This document shows, piece after piece, positions 1-10,400 of a stretch of DNA of 64,000 nt (position 1 is its first letter; every line of letters begins with the position of its first letter). The notes under the pieces are model-generated. The model did not search any database and was not told the DNA's origin. It saw nothing but the letters and a program-made list of their open reading frames with translations. A program made the translations under genes and the position numbers. The DNA is taken from positions 6,679 to 70,678 of IMG/VR virus record IMGVR_UViG_3300033121_001410; one strand, given 5' to 3'. Origin of the DNA: a virus (Duplodnaviria > Caudoviricetes).

Positions 1-1
1 A

Positions 2-3000
2 AAGCCTGATTTCATTGTTATGACTGGAGATTTTTTTCACACCAAAAATACCGGATTAACAAATGAAGTGGTAGAACGAATGGCTTGGATGTTTCGCTCT
101 CTAGAAGAGATAGCGCCTGTTCGTTCAATATTGGGAAATCATGACGGCTCTCTAAAAAATGAACAAAGAGAAGATGCCATTACTCCTATTTTTACTGCTA
201 TTGGCGACAACAAAAACAATATTTTATATAAAAAGTCTGGCAATTATATTGATTGTTATGATTCAAACATTAATTGGTGTGTATTTTCATGTTTTGATAA
301 AGACGCATGGAACGAGGTTAGTCCGCTAGAAGACAAGATTAATATCGCACTTTATCATGGAAGCATTACTGGATGTATTGTTGGCAACAATCACAGTATG
401 TCTTCTGGCGAAGAAAGCATTTCAAGGTTTTCTGAGTATGATTTTGTGTTAATGGGAGACATTCACAAGCAACAATATATGTCTTTCAGGAAAGATAGAT
501 TTGGCACAGAAAGACCAAACAGTGGATATCCTGGCTCTTTCGTTCAACAAAACTTTGGCGAAGACGAACAAAAAGGATTTCTTGTTTGGGATATAAAGTC
601 AAAAGATGAATGGACAGTGGATTTTATTCAGGTTGAAAACTTTCAGCCATATATTTCTATCAATTGGTCATCAAATCCAAAAACAACCGTAGATAAACTT
701 CTTAATTTAAGAAAAGCACTTTCAAAAAAAATACATCCAGGTAGCCGCATAAGAATATTATCAGAAAAAAATATTTCTAAAGCAGAAAGAGAGATATTTG
801 AAAAGATTCTTAAAGATGAATATTCTATTGAAGAAGTTGTTTATAAAACAGAAGAAATAGCTAACACAGATAAAATTACTGCTGGCGGTATTTCTATAAC
901 AAAAGACAAATTAAAGAACAATTCAGAAACAATAATTGAATTATATAATGAATATATTTTACAAAACAAAAAGAAAAATAATGTATCAAGCGAACAAATA
1001 AAAATCGCGGAAGAAGTTATAAAAACATATATTCAAAAAATTGAAGAAGAACAGCCAGAAGAGGTTGCCAGAAATGTTTTTTGGGATCTTAAAAAATTGG
1101 AGTTTGATAATGTGTTCCGATATGGAACAGAAAACATTGTTGATTTTGCAAAATTAAATGGAATTGTTGGTTTATTTGGAAACAACAGAATTGGAAAAAG
1201 TTCTATTGTTGGAGCATTAATGTATGGTTTGTTTAACTCTACAGATCGTGGTTCTATGAAAAATGCCCACGTAATTCGACATGGCGAATCAGAATGTAAA
1301 GTAAAGATTCAATTTGAATCAAATGATGAACAATACTTTATAGAAAGAATAACAAAGCTAGAAGAATCTAGTAAAAAGAAAGCCGTAGAAGAAACAAAGA
1401 CAAGTACGGATTTGGATTTTTATAAAATTGATAAAGATAATAATGTTGTTCGGTTAAATGGTGATGATAGAATCATGACCGACAAGAGGATACAAAAAAC
1501 AATTGGAACAGATGAAGATTTTCTTATTACCTCTTTGTCATCACAAGGAGAAATAAATAGATTCATTAATGAGGGAGCAACAAAAAGAAAAGAGTTGTTG
1601 TCAAGGTTTCTTAATTTAGATATATTCAATTCTTTGGCAAAGATTGCAAAGGCCGATTTAAATGAATATAATGCTTTATCGAAAAAGTATTCTCAAATTA
1701 ATTTTGATTTAGAAATAAAAAATCTTGAAAAATCAATTCAAGAAAAAACTTCTTTACTGGTTGTAATTGAAGATAAAATTAAATCATTAGAAGATGATTT
1801 GGATAAAACCAAAAAAGAACTTGTTATTTTTGAACAAAAGCATAATTTCGATACGATTCGAGTTCTTGAAAGAGAGCTTAATATTAAAGAAATTGAATAT
1901 GATAAGGTTAAAAATGAATATGTTCAAACCGAAAAAGAAATCAGTGATCTTAATAAAAAGCACAATGAAAACAATGCAAAACTTACATTGTTGAACATGG
2001 CAGAATTGTCAGAAAAAATTGAAAAGGCGCAGGCGACAAGAATGTCAGCAACTGAGATTAATTCTCAGTTGGGAGTTGAAAAGCATACCTTAGACGCTCA
2101 AGAAAAATCAATTAAAAAACTTGACATTGTTCCATGTGGCGATTCTTATCCTACATGTGTCTTTATAAAGGATTCGCATGAAAACAAGAAGATAATTGAT
2201 GAACAAAAAAATAAAGTAAATGAATTAACTGAAAAACTAAATGAATATCAAAATATCATTAAAGAGTTTGTTGATTCTAAAACAATAGAGAAGTTTAAAG
2301 AAGCAAAAATACTAACAGAAGAACAGAAAAATGTTGAAAACAGAATAAATGTTTTGAATGAGAGGTTGAGTTCTAAAAACCTTTCTAAGATTTTAGATGA
2401 AAAAAATAAATTGTTGAAAAATCTAAATGATGAAAAATCAAAGATTAATTCAAAGGATGCCGAAAGAAAAGAAGAGTTGACAAACTCCTACAAGGAATTG
2501 TCATCGGCTATAAAATTACATGATTCTGAGAAATCCTCAATTCTTGTTTCTCTTGGGTCCATGAATGAAAAAAAGAGTCAATTTATTCAAAACAAGAATG
2601 AAATGAATGAAATTATTGAAAAAGTAAACATTCAACAAACAATATATAACGCATTTTCAAAAACAGGCATACCAACAATGATTCTCGAATCACAATTGCC
2701 AGCTATTAATCAGGAAATTGAAAAAATACTTGCTGGTGTTTCTGATTTTGGAGTTGAACTTAAAACATCATCAAGCTCTAATGCAATGGATATTTATATA
2801 ACACATAATGATACAAAGAGAATAGTAGAGACTGCATCTGGAATGGAAAAAATGTTTTGTTCGTTGGCTATTCGAGTTGCTTTGTCAAATCTATCATCTT
2901 TACCAAAGTCAAATATATTCATTATTGATGAAGGCTTTGGAGTTTTGGATGAAAACAATATAGACTTATGTTTACAAATGCTTCAAACTTTAAAAAATTA

Positions 3001-3106
3001 TTATAAAACAATTCTAATAATTTCTCATATATCAGAAGTTAAGGAAGTTGTTGATCATATTATAGAAATAAAAAACAACGGAAAATATTCATATGTCTCA
3101 AATTGA
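2..3106 (+). CDS. Fused Mre11/SbcD nuclease - Rad50/SbcC ATPase (T4 gp47+gp46-like), 5'-truncated by window edge
   Basis: Frame open from nt 2 (KPDFIVMTGDFFH). Phosphoesterase motifs GDFFH, GNHD, YHG, GDIH; Walker A GNNRIGKS; long coiled coil with CGDSYPTC; signature ASGMEK; Walker B FIIDEGFG; H-loop IISH. Confidence 0.92.
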   Translation, partial: KPDFIVMTGDFFHTKNTGLTNEVVERMAWMFRSLEEIAPVRSILGNHDGSLKNEQREDAITPIFTAIGDNKNNILYKKSGNYIDCYDSNINWCVFSCFDKDAWNEVSPLEDKINIALYHGSITGCIVGNNHSMSSGEESISRFSEYDFVLMGDIHKQQYMSFRKDRFGTERPNSGYPGSFVQQNFGEDEQKGFLVWDIKSKDEWTVDFIQVENFQPYISINWSSNPKTTVDKLLNLRKALSKKIHPGSRIRILSEKNISKAEREIFEKILKDEYSIEEVVYKTEEIANTDKITAGGISITKDKLKNNSETIIELYNEYILQNKKKNNVSSEQIKIAEEVIKTYIQKIEEEQPEEVARNVFWDLKKLEFDNVFRYGTENIVDFAKLNGIVGLFGNNRIGKSSIVGALMYGLFNSTDRGSMKNAHVIRHGESECKVKIQFESNDEQYFIERITKLEESSKKKAVEETKTSTDLDFYKIDKDNNVVRLNGDDRIMTDKRIQKTIGTDEDFLITSLSSQGEINRFINEGATKRKELLSRFLNLDIFNSLAKIAKADLNEYNALSKKYSQINFDLEIKNLEKSIQEKTSLLVVIEDKIKSLEDDLDKTKKELVIFEQKHNFDTIRVLERELNIKEIEYDKVKNEYVQTEKEISDLNKKHNENNAKLTLLNMAELSEKIEKAQATRMSATEINSQLGVEKHTLDAQEKSIKKLDIVPCGDSYPTCVFIKDSHENKKIIDEQKNKVNELTEKLNEYQNIIKEFVDSKTIEKFKEAKILTEEQKNVENRINVLNERLSSKNLSKILDEKNKLLKNLNDEKSKINSKDAERKEELTNSYKELSSAIKLHDSEKSSILVSLGSMNEKKSQFIQNKNEMNEIIEKVNIQQTIYNAFSKTGIPTMILESQLPAINQEIEKILAGVSDFGVELKTSSSSNAMDIYITHNDTKRIVETASGMEKMFCSLAIRVALSNLSSLPKSNIFIIDEGFGVLDENNIDLCLQMLQTLKNYYKTILIISHISEVKEVVDHIIEIKNNGKYSYVSN

Positions 3107-3404
3107 TACAGGCAACAACAAAATAAAAATAATGCACGGCGGTAAGGTTGTAATAATTGAGCCGGAAAACAAAGACTATATAGTTCCATTGTTTTGTCCA
3201 TTGTGCTTATTCCCCATGAAAACATTAGACGACTCGATTACTTATAAAAAACACAAGTGTTGTTTTAAATGCGAAATGAGATGGTCTTCAAACCCAAGTG
3301 GCGACTGGTCAAATGGATGGAGGCCATCTGAAAATACCGATGGATGGAAAGAGTATTTAGAAGAAAGAAAACTGCTTGGCAGACCAATTTTTAATTTAAA
3401 ATAG
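3093..3404 (+). CDS. Hypothetical protein with Cys-rich Zn-binding motif
   Basis: 103 aa, CPLC...CCFKC; overlaps upstream stop. Confidence 0.7.
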   Translation: MSQIDTGNNKIKIMHGGKVVIIEPENKDYIVPLFCPLCLFPMKTLDDSITYKKHKCCFKCEMRWSSNPSGDWSNGWRPSENTDGWKEYLEERKLLGRPIFNLK

Positions 3405-3429
3405 CATAATTAAAAAAGAAGGTTTAAAA

Positions 3430-3831
3430 ATGACTGTAAAAGATTATAAAAAGTTCAATGAGTTATCAAAAGTTTTTAATGAAACTTTTGGTGCGCAAAA
3501 TAAATTAGATAAATCTGTAAACACAGAAATGGTTCGTACTAAATTAATAAACGAAGAAAAAATGCAAGCTTTTTATATTTGTATTGTTAATTTACAAACA
3601 GAAAATATGTGGAAAGAATTAGAAAAAAAGAATGTAGACGATGCCTTGGAAGTAATGAGGCAATATTTTAAAAAATGCGTTGAAGAATATAAGAAAAACA
3701 CAGGAAAAAATATCAATTTTACAATAGATTCAAAAACAGTTCGATACGATGTTGAGTTTTTAAATTATAATATACTTAGGACAAATAGAAGCGCATATTT
3801 TAGAGTATATTGTGATGTCGATATTAAGTGA
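3430..3831 (+). CDS. Hypothetical protein
   Basis: 133 aa ORF, AAGG upstream of ATG, tight packing. Confidence 0.7.
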   Translation: MTVKDYKKFNELSKVFNETFGAQNKLDKSVNTEMVRTKLINEEKMQAFYICIVNLQTENMWKELEKKNVDDALEVMRQYFKKCVEEYKKNTGKNINFTIDSKTVRYDVEFLNYNILRTNRSAYFRVYCDVDIK

Positions 3832-4495
3832 AAAAACAGCAGATTTCATAGAAAATAATTTTTATTTTACAAATCCATCTAATTTCTCAAAATCAAGAAA
3901 GTTAAACAAAGAACAATTACAGATACTTGATGCAGTAAGCAATAATAAAAAAGTAATATTATTTAAAGAAAGGCAAATTGGAGCATCCACATTTGCCTTG
4001 TTTTATTGTGTATATCAAGCATTGAAGAACAACAACCATAAATGCATATATGTATCACATTCTCAGGTAATGGCAAGAACGTGGCTTAGTAGAATACAAA
4101 CATACGATATTGTAAAAAACAACACCTCTCATTCGTTTGCTGATGTTTTGACGTTTAAAAACGGATCAAGAATATATTTTACAAATATTGAATCAACAAT
4201 GATTCAAAATAATCCATGCAATTTGGTGATTCTTGATGAGTGTTCATACACAGGGGACATACAAACAGTAGTAGATGTTTTGCAGCAAAACGAACATACA
4301 AGTACAGAAATAATATTTTTTAATTCATATTTGAACAATGGATTAGCATCTACACTAGAAAATACGCATAATGAGATAATATTTACAAATATATTCAATT
4401 TTAAATGTACACATAAAATGTTGCCGGTATACATGTCATTAAAAGATGAATTGTTTAAAGAATCAAATTATTCATTTGATTATATTTGTAGGTAA
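3812..4495 (+). CDS. Terminase-like ATPase domain protein (no nuclease domain)
   Basis: KERQIGASTF (Walker A-like, cf. KSRQLGLST in neighbour), FKNGSRI, LVILDEC (Walker B); ends without RNase H-like domain. Start GTG 3812 or ATG 3815. Confidence 0.7.
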   Translation: MMSILSEKTADFIENNFYFTNPSNFSKSRKLNKEQLQILDAVSNNKKVILFKERQIGASTFALFYCVYQALKNNNHKCIYVSHSQVMARTWLSRIQTYDIVKNNTSHSFADVLTFKNGSRIYFTNIESTMIQNNPCNLVILDECSYTGDIQTVVDVLQQNEHTSTEIIFFNSYLNNGLASTLENTHNEIIFTNIFNFKCTHKMLPVYMSLKDELFKESNYSFDYICR

Positions 4496-4498
4496 TTT

Positions 4499-5092
4499 AT
4501 GGCTTCAAGTAAACAAAAAATTAAAAGAACACAAGAGCAAGCTCAAGAAATAATAAAATGCGGAAAAGATCCTGCTTATTTTATAAAGAAATATGTAAAA
4601 ATATCTCATCCTGTTAATGGTCTTGTCCCATTTGAAACATTCCCGTACCAAGATGATTGCTTAGAGATGTTTCAAAAACATCGCCTTGTTATAACAAACA
4701 AATCAAGACAGTTAGGTTTGTCTACAATATCAGCCGCATATTCTTTATGGTTGGCGTTGTTTCATAGAGAAAAAAACGTTGTTGTTATTGCTACCAAATT
4801 AGCAACAGCACAAGAGTTCATGACAAAAGTCAAAACTATGTTGGATTCATTGCCACCATGGCTAGTAATGCCTGATTTGGTTGGAGAATCAGTAAAGTAT
4901 TTACATTTTTCTAATGGATCAAGAATTAAGGCAATCCCAACTTCAAAAGATGCAGGCCGTGGATCCGCCGTGTCTGTTTTTATTATCGATGAATGTATTG
5001 CTTCGGACAGCATCATTACAATTAGAAATAAAAATACTGGCGAAATTAAAAATATCGAAATATCTTCTCTTTATGAAAAACAATATAAATAA
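4499..5092 (+). CDS. terL: Large terminase N-terminal fragment fused to split-intein N part
   Basis: CGKDPAYFIKKYVKI, PYQ, KSRQLGLST Walker A, FSNGSRI, AGRG, Walker B FIIDE, then 32-aa intein-like tail and stop. Confidence 0.95.
   Translation: MASSKQKIKRTQEQAQEIIKCGKDPAYFIKKYVKISHPVNGLVPFETFPYQDDCLEMFQKHRLVITNKSRQLGLSTISAAYSLWLALFHREKNVVVIATKLATAQEFMTKVKTMLDSLPPWLVMPDLVGESVKYLHFSNGSRIKAIPTSKDAGRGSAVSVFIIDECIASDSIITIRNKNTGEIKNIEISSLYEKQYK
4994..5089 (+). mobile_element. Split intein N-fragment (IntN, 32 aa)
   Basis: CIASDSIITIRNKNTGEIKNIEISSLYEKQYK: intein block A (C1, hydrophobic strands, IxxLY) directly after Walker B DE. Confidence 0.88.
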
Positions 5093-5115
5093 TTTTATTA
5101 TATATTTTATAGTTC

Positions 5116-5144
5116 TTGAAATGTTGTTTTAAGTATGTTATAAG
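5116..5144 (+). promoter_or_regulatory. Sigma70-like promoter upstream of the nuclease and downstream terL half
   Basis: TTGAAA-17 nt-TATAAG with TG extension. Confidence 0.55.
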
Positions 5145-5194
5145 AATGACATTCTATAAAGATAACACTTAAAAAATAAGGAATTATAATTATT

Positions 5195-7051
5195 ATGCCA
5201 AAACAACGAGAAATATTATCACAAAACATAACATTTGATTGTAAATTGTGTGATAAAGCTGCAATGAAATCAACAGGGTTTTCTAACCATGTAAATAGCA
5301 TGCATGTAAAAAAGGGCCATATTTCTTCATTAGAAGAATATTACAATGTTCATATTAACATTCTTTGGGGAAACAATAAAAACACATGCAATCATTGCGG
5401 GAAAGAAACAAAGTTTGTATCTATATTTGAAGGCTATCAAGAGTTTTGTTGTCATAAATGCTCCGTATCAACAGAAGAGCATAAATTATTGATGACTTCT
5501 AGAATAAAAGAGGTAATGTTAGAAAAATATGGAGTAGAACATAGTAGTCAATTACCAGGATTCTCGGATAAAATTAAAAAAACTAAACTTAAACGATATG
5601 GTGATGAAAACTATGTCAATCCTTTAAAAGCAAAAGAAACCGTATTAAAAAAATATGGTGAAGATTGTTATACTAAAACTGAAGAATATAAACAAAAATT
5701 AAAAAATACATGTTTAGAAAAATATGGCGTGGAACACTTTACGCAAAATGAAGAAGTGAAAAGAAAAATAAGAGAAACAAATCTTGAACGATATGGAGTA
5801 GAAATAGCAACTAAAAACGAAGACGTGAAAAGAAAAACAAGAGAAACGGTAATGATAAAATATGGTGTTAAGTCTTCTCTAAATCTTTATCATGCTCGTG
5901 AAAAAATGAAAAAATATAAAAATGATGCATTTACAGATAAACTTACAGGATTTATATTCCACAACGTATCTTTAGTTGACGCTGAAAAAAGAATATTTAA
6001 ATGTAAAATATGTAATGATGAGTTTGTATTCTATGACAATATAACCCTTGCTAAAAATCAACCATCAAGATTTCCTCATTGTAAAAAATGCAAACCAGTC
6101 GGAAAAAATCCAAGAAACTCATTAATACAGCAAGAAATAAATGGGTTTTTAATTGATTTATGTAAAATTGATCACTCAACATTTCATTTAGATTATAAAG
6201 GTTTTTTTGATGATTCAAATAAAGAATTAGATTTTTATTTTCATGATAAAAAAGTAGCAATTGAAATTAATGGAAATTATTATCATGCTGAGATTATTGG
6301 GAATAAAGATAAAAATTATCATATAAATAAAACTCTAATTTGTGAATATAAAGGAGTACAACTAATCCAAATCTTCTCGGATGAATGGAATGATAAAAAA
6401 GAAATAGTAAAAAATAGAATTAAAAATATTTTGGGATATAATGATGTCGCCAATAAAATAGGAGCAAGAAAATGTGTAGTTAAAAAAATAGATTCAAATA
6501 CTGCTAATGAGTTCATGAATAATAATCATCTTCAAGGTAGTGAAAAATCGAGTACCGTTCGATATGGAGCATTTTATAATAATGAATTAGTTGCATGTAT
6601 GACGTTTGGTTCTGAACGTATTTCCCTTGGAAGTAGAAGATACAATCAAGATGGATATTATGAGCTATTAAGATTTTGTACAAAAATAGGATATTCTATT
6701 TCTGGCGTGGCGGGAAAATTATTTTCCCAATTTGTTAAAGATTATAACCCAAAAAATATTATTTCTTACGCAGATAGAAGATGGTCTAGCTCAGCTATAA
6801 AAGATACAGTATATACAAAACTTGGATTCAAAGAAATAGGTCGTTCCGAACCAAATTATTATTATTTGCTTCGAGAAGATAATTATAGAAAGAGATTTAA
6901 TAGGTTTAAGTTTAGAAAATCTGAATTAAACAAATTATTATCTCAATATGATCCAAGTATTTCCGAGTGGGAAAATATGGTAAATAATGGACATGATCGT
7001 ATTTGGGATTGTGGGACGATAAAATATGAGTGGGCAAATAGAGAATTATAA
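5195..7051 (+). CDS. Free-standing putative homing endonuclease (Zn fingers, KYG repeats, Vsr-like nuclease, GNAT-like C-terminal domain)
   Basis: CxxC/HxxxH motifs; six (K/R)YG repeats; ELDFYF..KVAIEINGNYYH (Vsr/EDxHD-like); C-terminal ELLRFC...ISYADRRWS..VYTKLGF. Confidence 0.8.
   Translation: MPKQREILSQNITFDCKLCDKAAMKSTGFSNHVNSMHVKKGHISSLEEYYNVHINILWGNNKNTCNHCGKETKFVSIFEGYQEFCCHKCSVSTEEHKLLMTSRIKEVMLEKYGVEHSSQLPGFSDKIKKTKLKRYGDENYVNPLKAKETVLKKYGEDCYTKTEEYKQKLKNTCLEKYGVEHFTQNEEVKRKIRETNLERYGVEIATKNEDVKRKTRETVMIKYGVKSSLNLYHAREKMKKYKNDAFTDKLTGFIFHNVSLVDAEKRIFKCKICNDEFVFYDNITLAKNQPSRFPHCKKCKPVGKNPRNSLIQQEINGFLIDLCKIDHSTFHLDYKGFFDDSNKELDFYFHDKKVAIEINGNYYHAEIIGNKDKNYHINKTLICEYKGVQLIQIFSDEWNDKKEIVKNRIKNILGYNDVANKIGARKCVVKKIDSNTANEFMNNNHLQGSEKSSTVRYGAFYNNELVACMTFGSERISLGSRRYNQDGYYELLRFCTKIGYSISGVAGKLFSQFVKDYNPKNIISYADRRWSSSAIKDTVYTKLGFKEIGRSEPNYYYLLREDNYRKRFNRFKFRKSELNKLLSQYDPSISEWENMVNNGHDRIWDCGTIKYEWANREL
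5516..5910 (+). repeat. About six tandem 19-23 aa repeats in the endonuclease
   Basis: LEKYGVEH, LKRYGDEN, LKKYGEDC, LEKYGVEH, LERYGVEI, MIKYGVKS units mostly followed by K..ET/KT; end coordinate approximate. Confidence 0.75.
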
Positions 7052-7400
7052 AAATATATCAGAATGGGAAGTATTAACTCCAACCGGATTTAAGTCTTTT
7101 GACGGTATAAAAAAAGTTAAAAAAGAATACAGTATAAAACTAATAACAGAAACAGGCAAAGAAATAACGTGTTCTGGCGGACATCAATTATACATACAGC
7201 GAAACATTAAAGATCTTCAAGAAGAAATGTTTGCGTTTGCAGATACAATAGAGCCTTTAATAGACAAAATAAAAAACAAAGAAAACATATTCGAAACAAT
7301 AATTTCTATAGAAAAAACAGAAGAACAGTGTGAATTATATGATCTTGTTAATGTAGATGACGGATATGAATATTATGCAAATGATCTATTAAGTCATAAT
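7026..7400 (+). mobile_element. Split intein C-fragment (IntC, 125 aa)
   Basis: Own ATG; WEVLTPTGF, ITCSGGH (block B), LYDLVNV (block F), YANDLLSHN/C (block G, +1 Cys). Confidence 0.9.
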
Positions 7401-10400
7401 TGTGCGCACATTGAAAACTTTGGTGATTTGTGGACAGGTTTGCAACCAACATTATCTTGTGTCGTTGGTGATACGTTAATTTTAACAGATAATGGGTTTG
7501 AAAAAATTGAAGATTATCATAAAGGGTATAATATTGGAGATTATTTTGATTTAAAAATACCAATCTATGGAAAAAATGGAATGGAAGAAACGTCGCATGG
7601 TTACGTTTCTCCTGAAAGTGATACTTTAATAATAAAAACAAAACACGGCCATATGGTAGAGGTTACATTAAAACATCCTCTTTATATACAGAACACAGAG
7701 ATATCAGAAGGTGGCGAAATGATACAGGCCAAAAAGTTATCTCTTGGAGACAAATTGAGAATACAAATAGGCATGAAGTGTTATGGTAAAAAATCGTTAT
7801 CAGAAACCGATGCAAAAAATATTGGAATATATCATGGTAATAAATTACTTGTAGATAACAAATTAGATGTTCCAAATGATATACTTAGCGCAAATAAAAA
7901 AACGTTTGATTGTTTTATGAAAGGCTTATTGAAAACAGGTGCAAAAGAAAATAAAGAAACGATAAATGACAAATTGTTTACAATATCCACGGTAAGTGAA
8001 ATATTTGCTAGAAAATTAAACTTATTATTACATAACGATGGATATAAATCAAATATCATAGAACAGTATAATTTATATACAATTAATATCCCATTCAAAG
8101 AAACAAATAATGAAGAGTTTTATTGGGATGAAATTGTTTCAATAACGCCATCAAAAAACAAAACATATGATTTTACAGTTCCAAAAACTCATTCATTTTT
8201 ACAAAACGGAATACTTGGATCAAATACTGGAGGTTCTGCAATATTAATATCATCTCCACTCGGGGTTGGTAATACATTTCATAGTATTTGGTCAAAAGCC
8301 ACAGATAATAACTTTAATCCAGAAGACAGAAAAGGAAATCAAGAAGGATCAAACAAGTTTTATGCTATAGAGCTACCATGGACAGTTCATCCTGAAAGAG
8401 ATGAAGAATGGTATGAACAACAATGCGCTGAATTAATGAACGATCCCAGACGTATTGCCCAAGAACTTTTGTGTTTGACACCTGAAACATTAATAACAAC
8501 AAAAGCTGGTGTTAAATCAATTTTTGATATAAAAATTGGCGATGAAGTATTAACCCATAATGGAAGATATAGAAAAGTAACTAAAAAGTTTGAAAGAGAC
8601 TTTGATAATCAAAATGAAAAAATATATCAAATATCTACTCCTGGTAATCGTGGTACTAAAATAAATATAACCGAAAATCATCCTTTGTTTGGATATTTTT
8701 GGGAAAATAAAAAATATGATTTACGAGGCATTTCTAAAAAGAAATATCTTGAATATGCAGAAAACAATGACAAAAAAATAAACTCATATCCTTTATCTTT
8801 TATTTCTGGCAATACAAATCTGAGTACAAAACATTTTTCTAATTTAATTCATCCAAAGTTTAATTTAAATGAGTTTTTATACGAACAAAACAAACATATA
8901 GATTTATATGAAATGTGTAAAAACAAATTAAAAATCAGTTTAATTGATGAAGAAAATATTAAATATCATAGACAAAAAGGTAGTACGAAAAAACATATTG
9001 ATATAGATTATGATTTTGGAAGATTTCTTGGTTTGTTCTTGTCAGAAGGCTGCATAGACAAAAGAAGAGTTTCGTTTGCATTTCATCATGATGAAATGGA
9101 TACCCTTGGTTTATTTGTTAAAAATTATTTTAACAAATATAATATTCTTTATCATGATAATAAAAGGTCTTATTCTAAATGCTATACAATTACAACATCT
9201 AATAAGTTCGTTATAGAACTTATAAAACAATATATAAATGGAAAATATAGTTTAGATAAAACAATAAATATGGATTTAATTGCAAGAACAAATATAGATG
9301 TAATAAAAGGTTTGTTGGCGGGTATTTTTGAAGGTGATGGCAGTCATCCTGTAAATGGAAACTATACAAATAAAATGAATCTTGTTTGTGTAAATGATAA
9401 TTTATTATCTCAAGTAAAAACACTGTTAACTTCCTTTGGCATATATGCAAGAATAGGATATTGGAATAACAAACGTTCATATTTATCTTTTGATGGAATC
9501 AATTCAATATCAGTCAAACATCGAAACATTAAAGATATTTTAGAAAATTATTCATCTAAGGATTTTGAAAAAAACACATCAAGAACATATTTTTCTGATC
9601 GTTTTGGTTTTTTTGGAAAAATACAATATAAAGAAATAAATTACACAGGAAAAGTGTATAATATTGAAGTCGAAGAAGATAATAGTTATGTTGTTGATAA
9701 CTGTTTAACAGTTCACAATTGCGGTTTCAATGCTTCTGGAAATAATTTCATTGAAAACGCTACGCTTGATTATTTGAGAAACAATATAAAAACTCCGATA
9801 GCGAAATATGGTCCAAATAATGATATGTACATTTGGGAATATGCGAACTCAGGGGATAGATACATAATTTCTGCTGACGTAGCAAGAGGAGATGCAGATG
9901 ATTATTCTGGCATGTATGTTATAAATGCCAATACAAATGTTTGCGTTGCTGAATATAAAGGAAAAATGCCGCCAGATAGATATGCAGAGTTTTTGGTAGA
10001 TGTTGCAAAAAAATACAACAATGGATTTATTGTAAATGAAATAAACAATGTAGGAATAGCAACCTCTTATGCCTTAAAATCAACAAAATATCCAAATATT
10101 TATTATGAGAAAATGTTTAACGGATCTTTGATATGCAACAATCCACCAGAAGTTGTTGGTGATTTGGTTCCTGGATTTAACACAAATGCAAAATCTAGAA
10201 ATGAAATATTGGTGAAGTTTGAAGCATCAATAAGAAATAAGGAAATACAGATATTTTCTGAAAGACTTATTAAGGAACTAGATACCTTTATTTGGGATGG
10301 CAAAAAGGCAAAAGCAATGAAAGGATACAATGACGATCTTATCATGGCTCTTGCAATAGGTGTTAACTTTATTGAATGGGGCAAAAAAAATAATTATGAA

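Noticed and set aside
5093-7025. Group I intron interrupting terL
   Set aside because: No recognisable P/Q/R/S core by eye; flanks are AT-rich with a promoter, and both halves carry complementary intein fragments. RT-PCR would settle it
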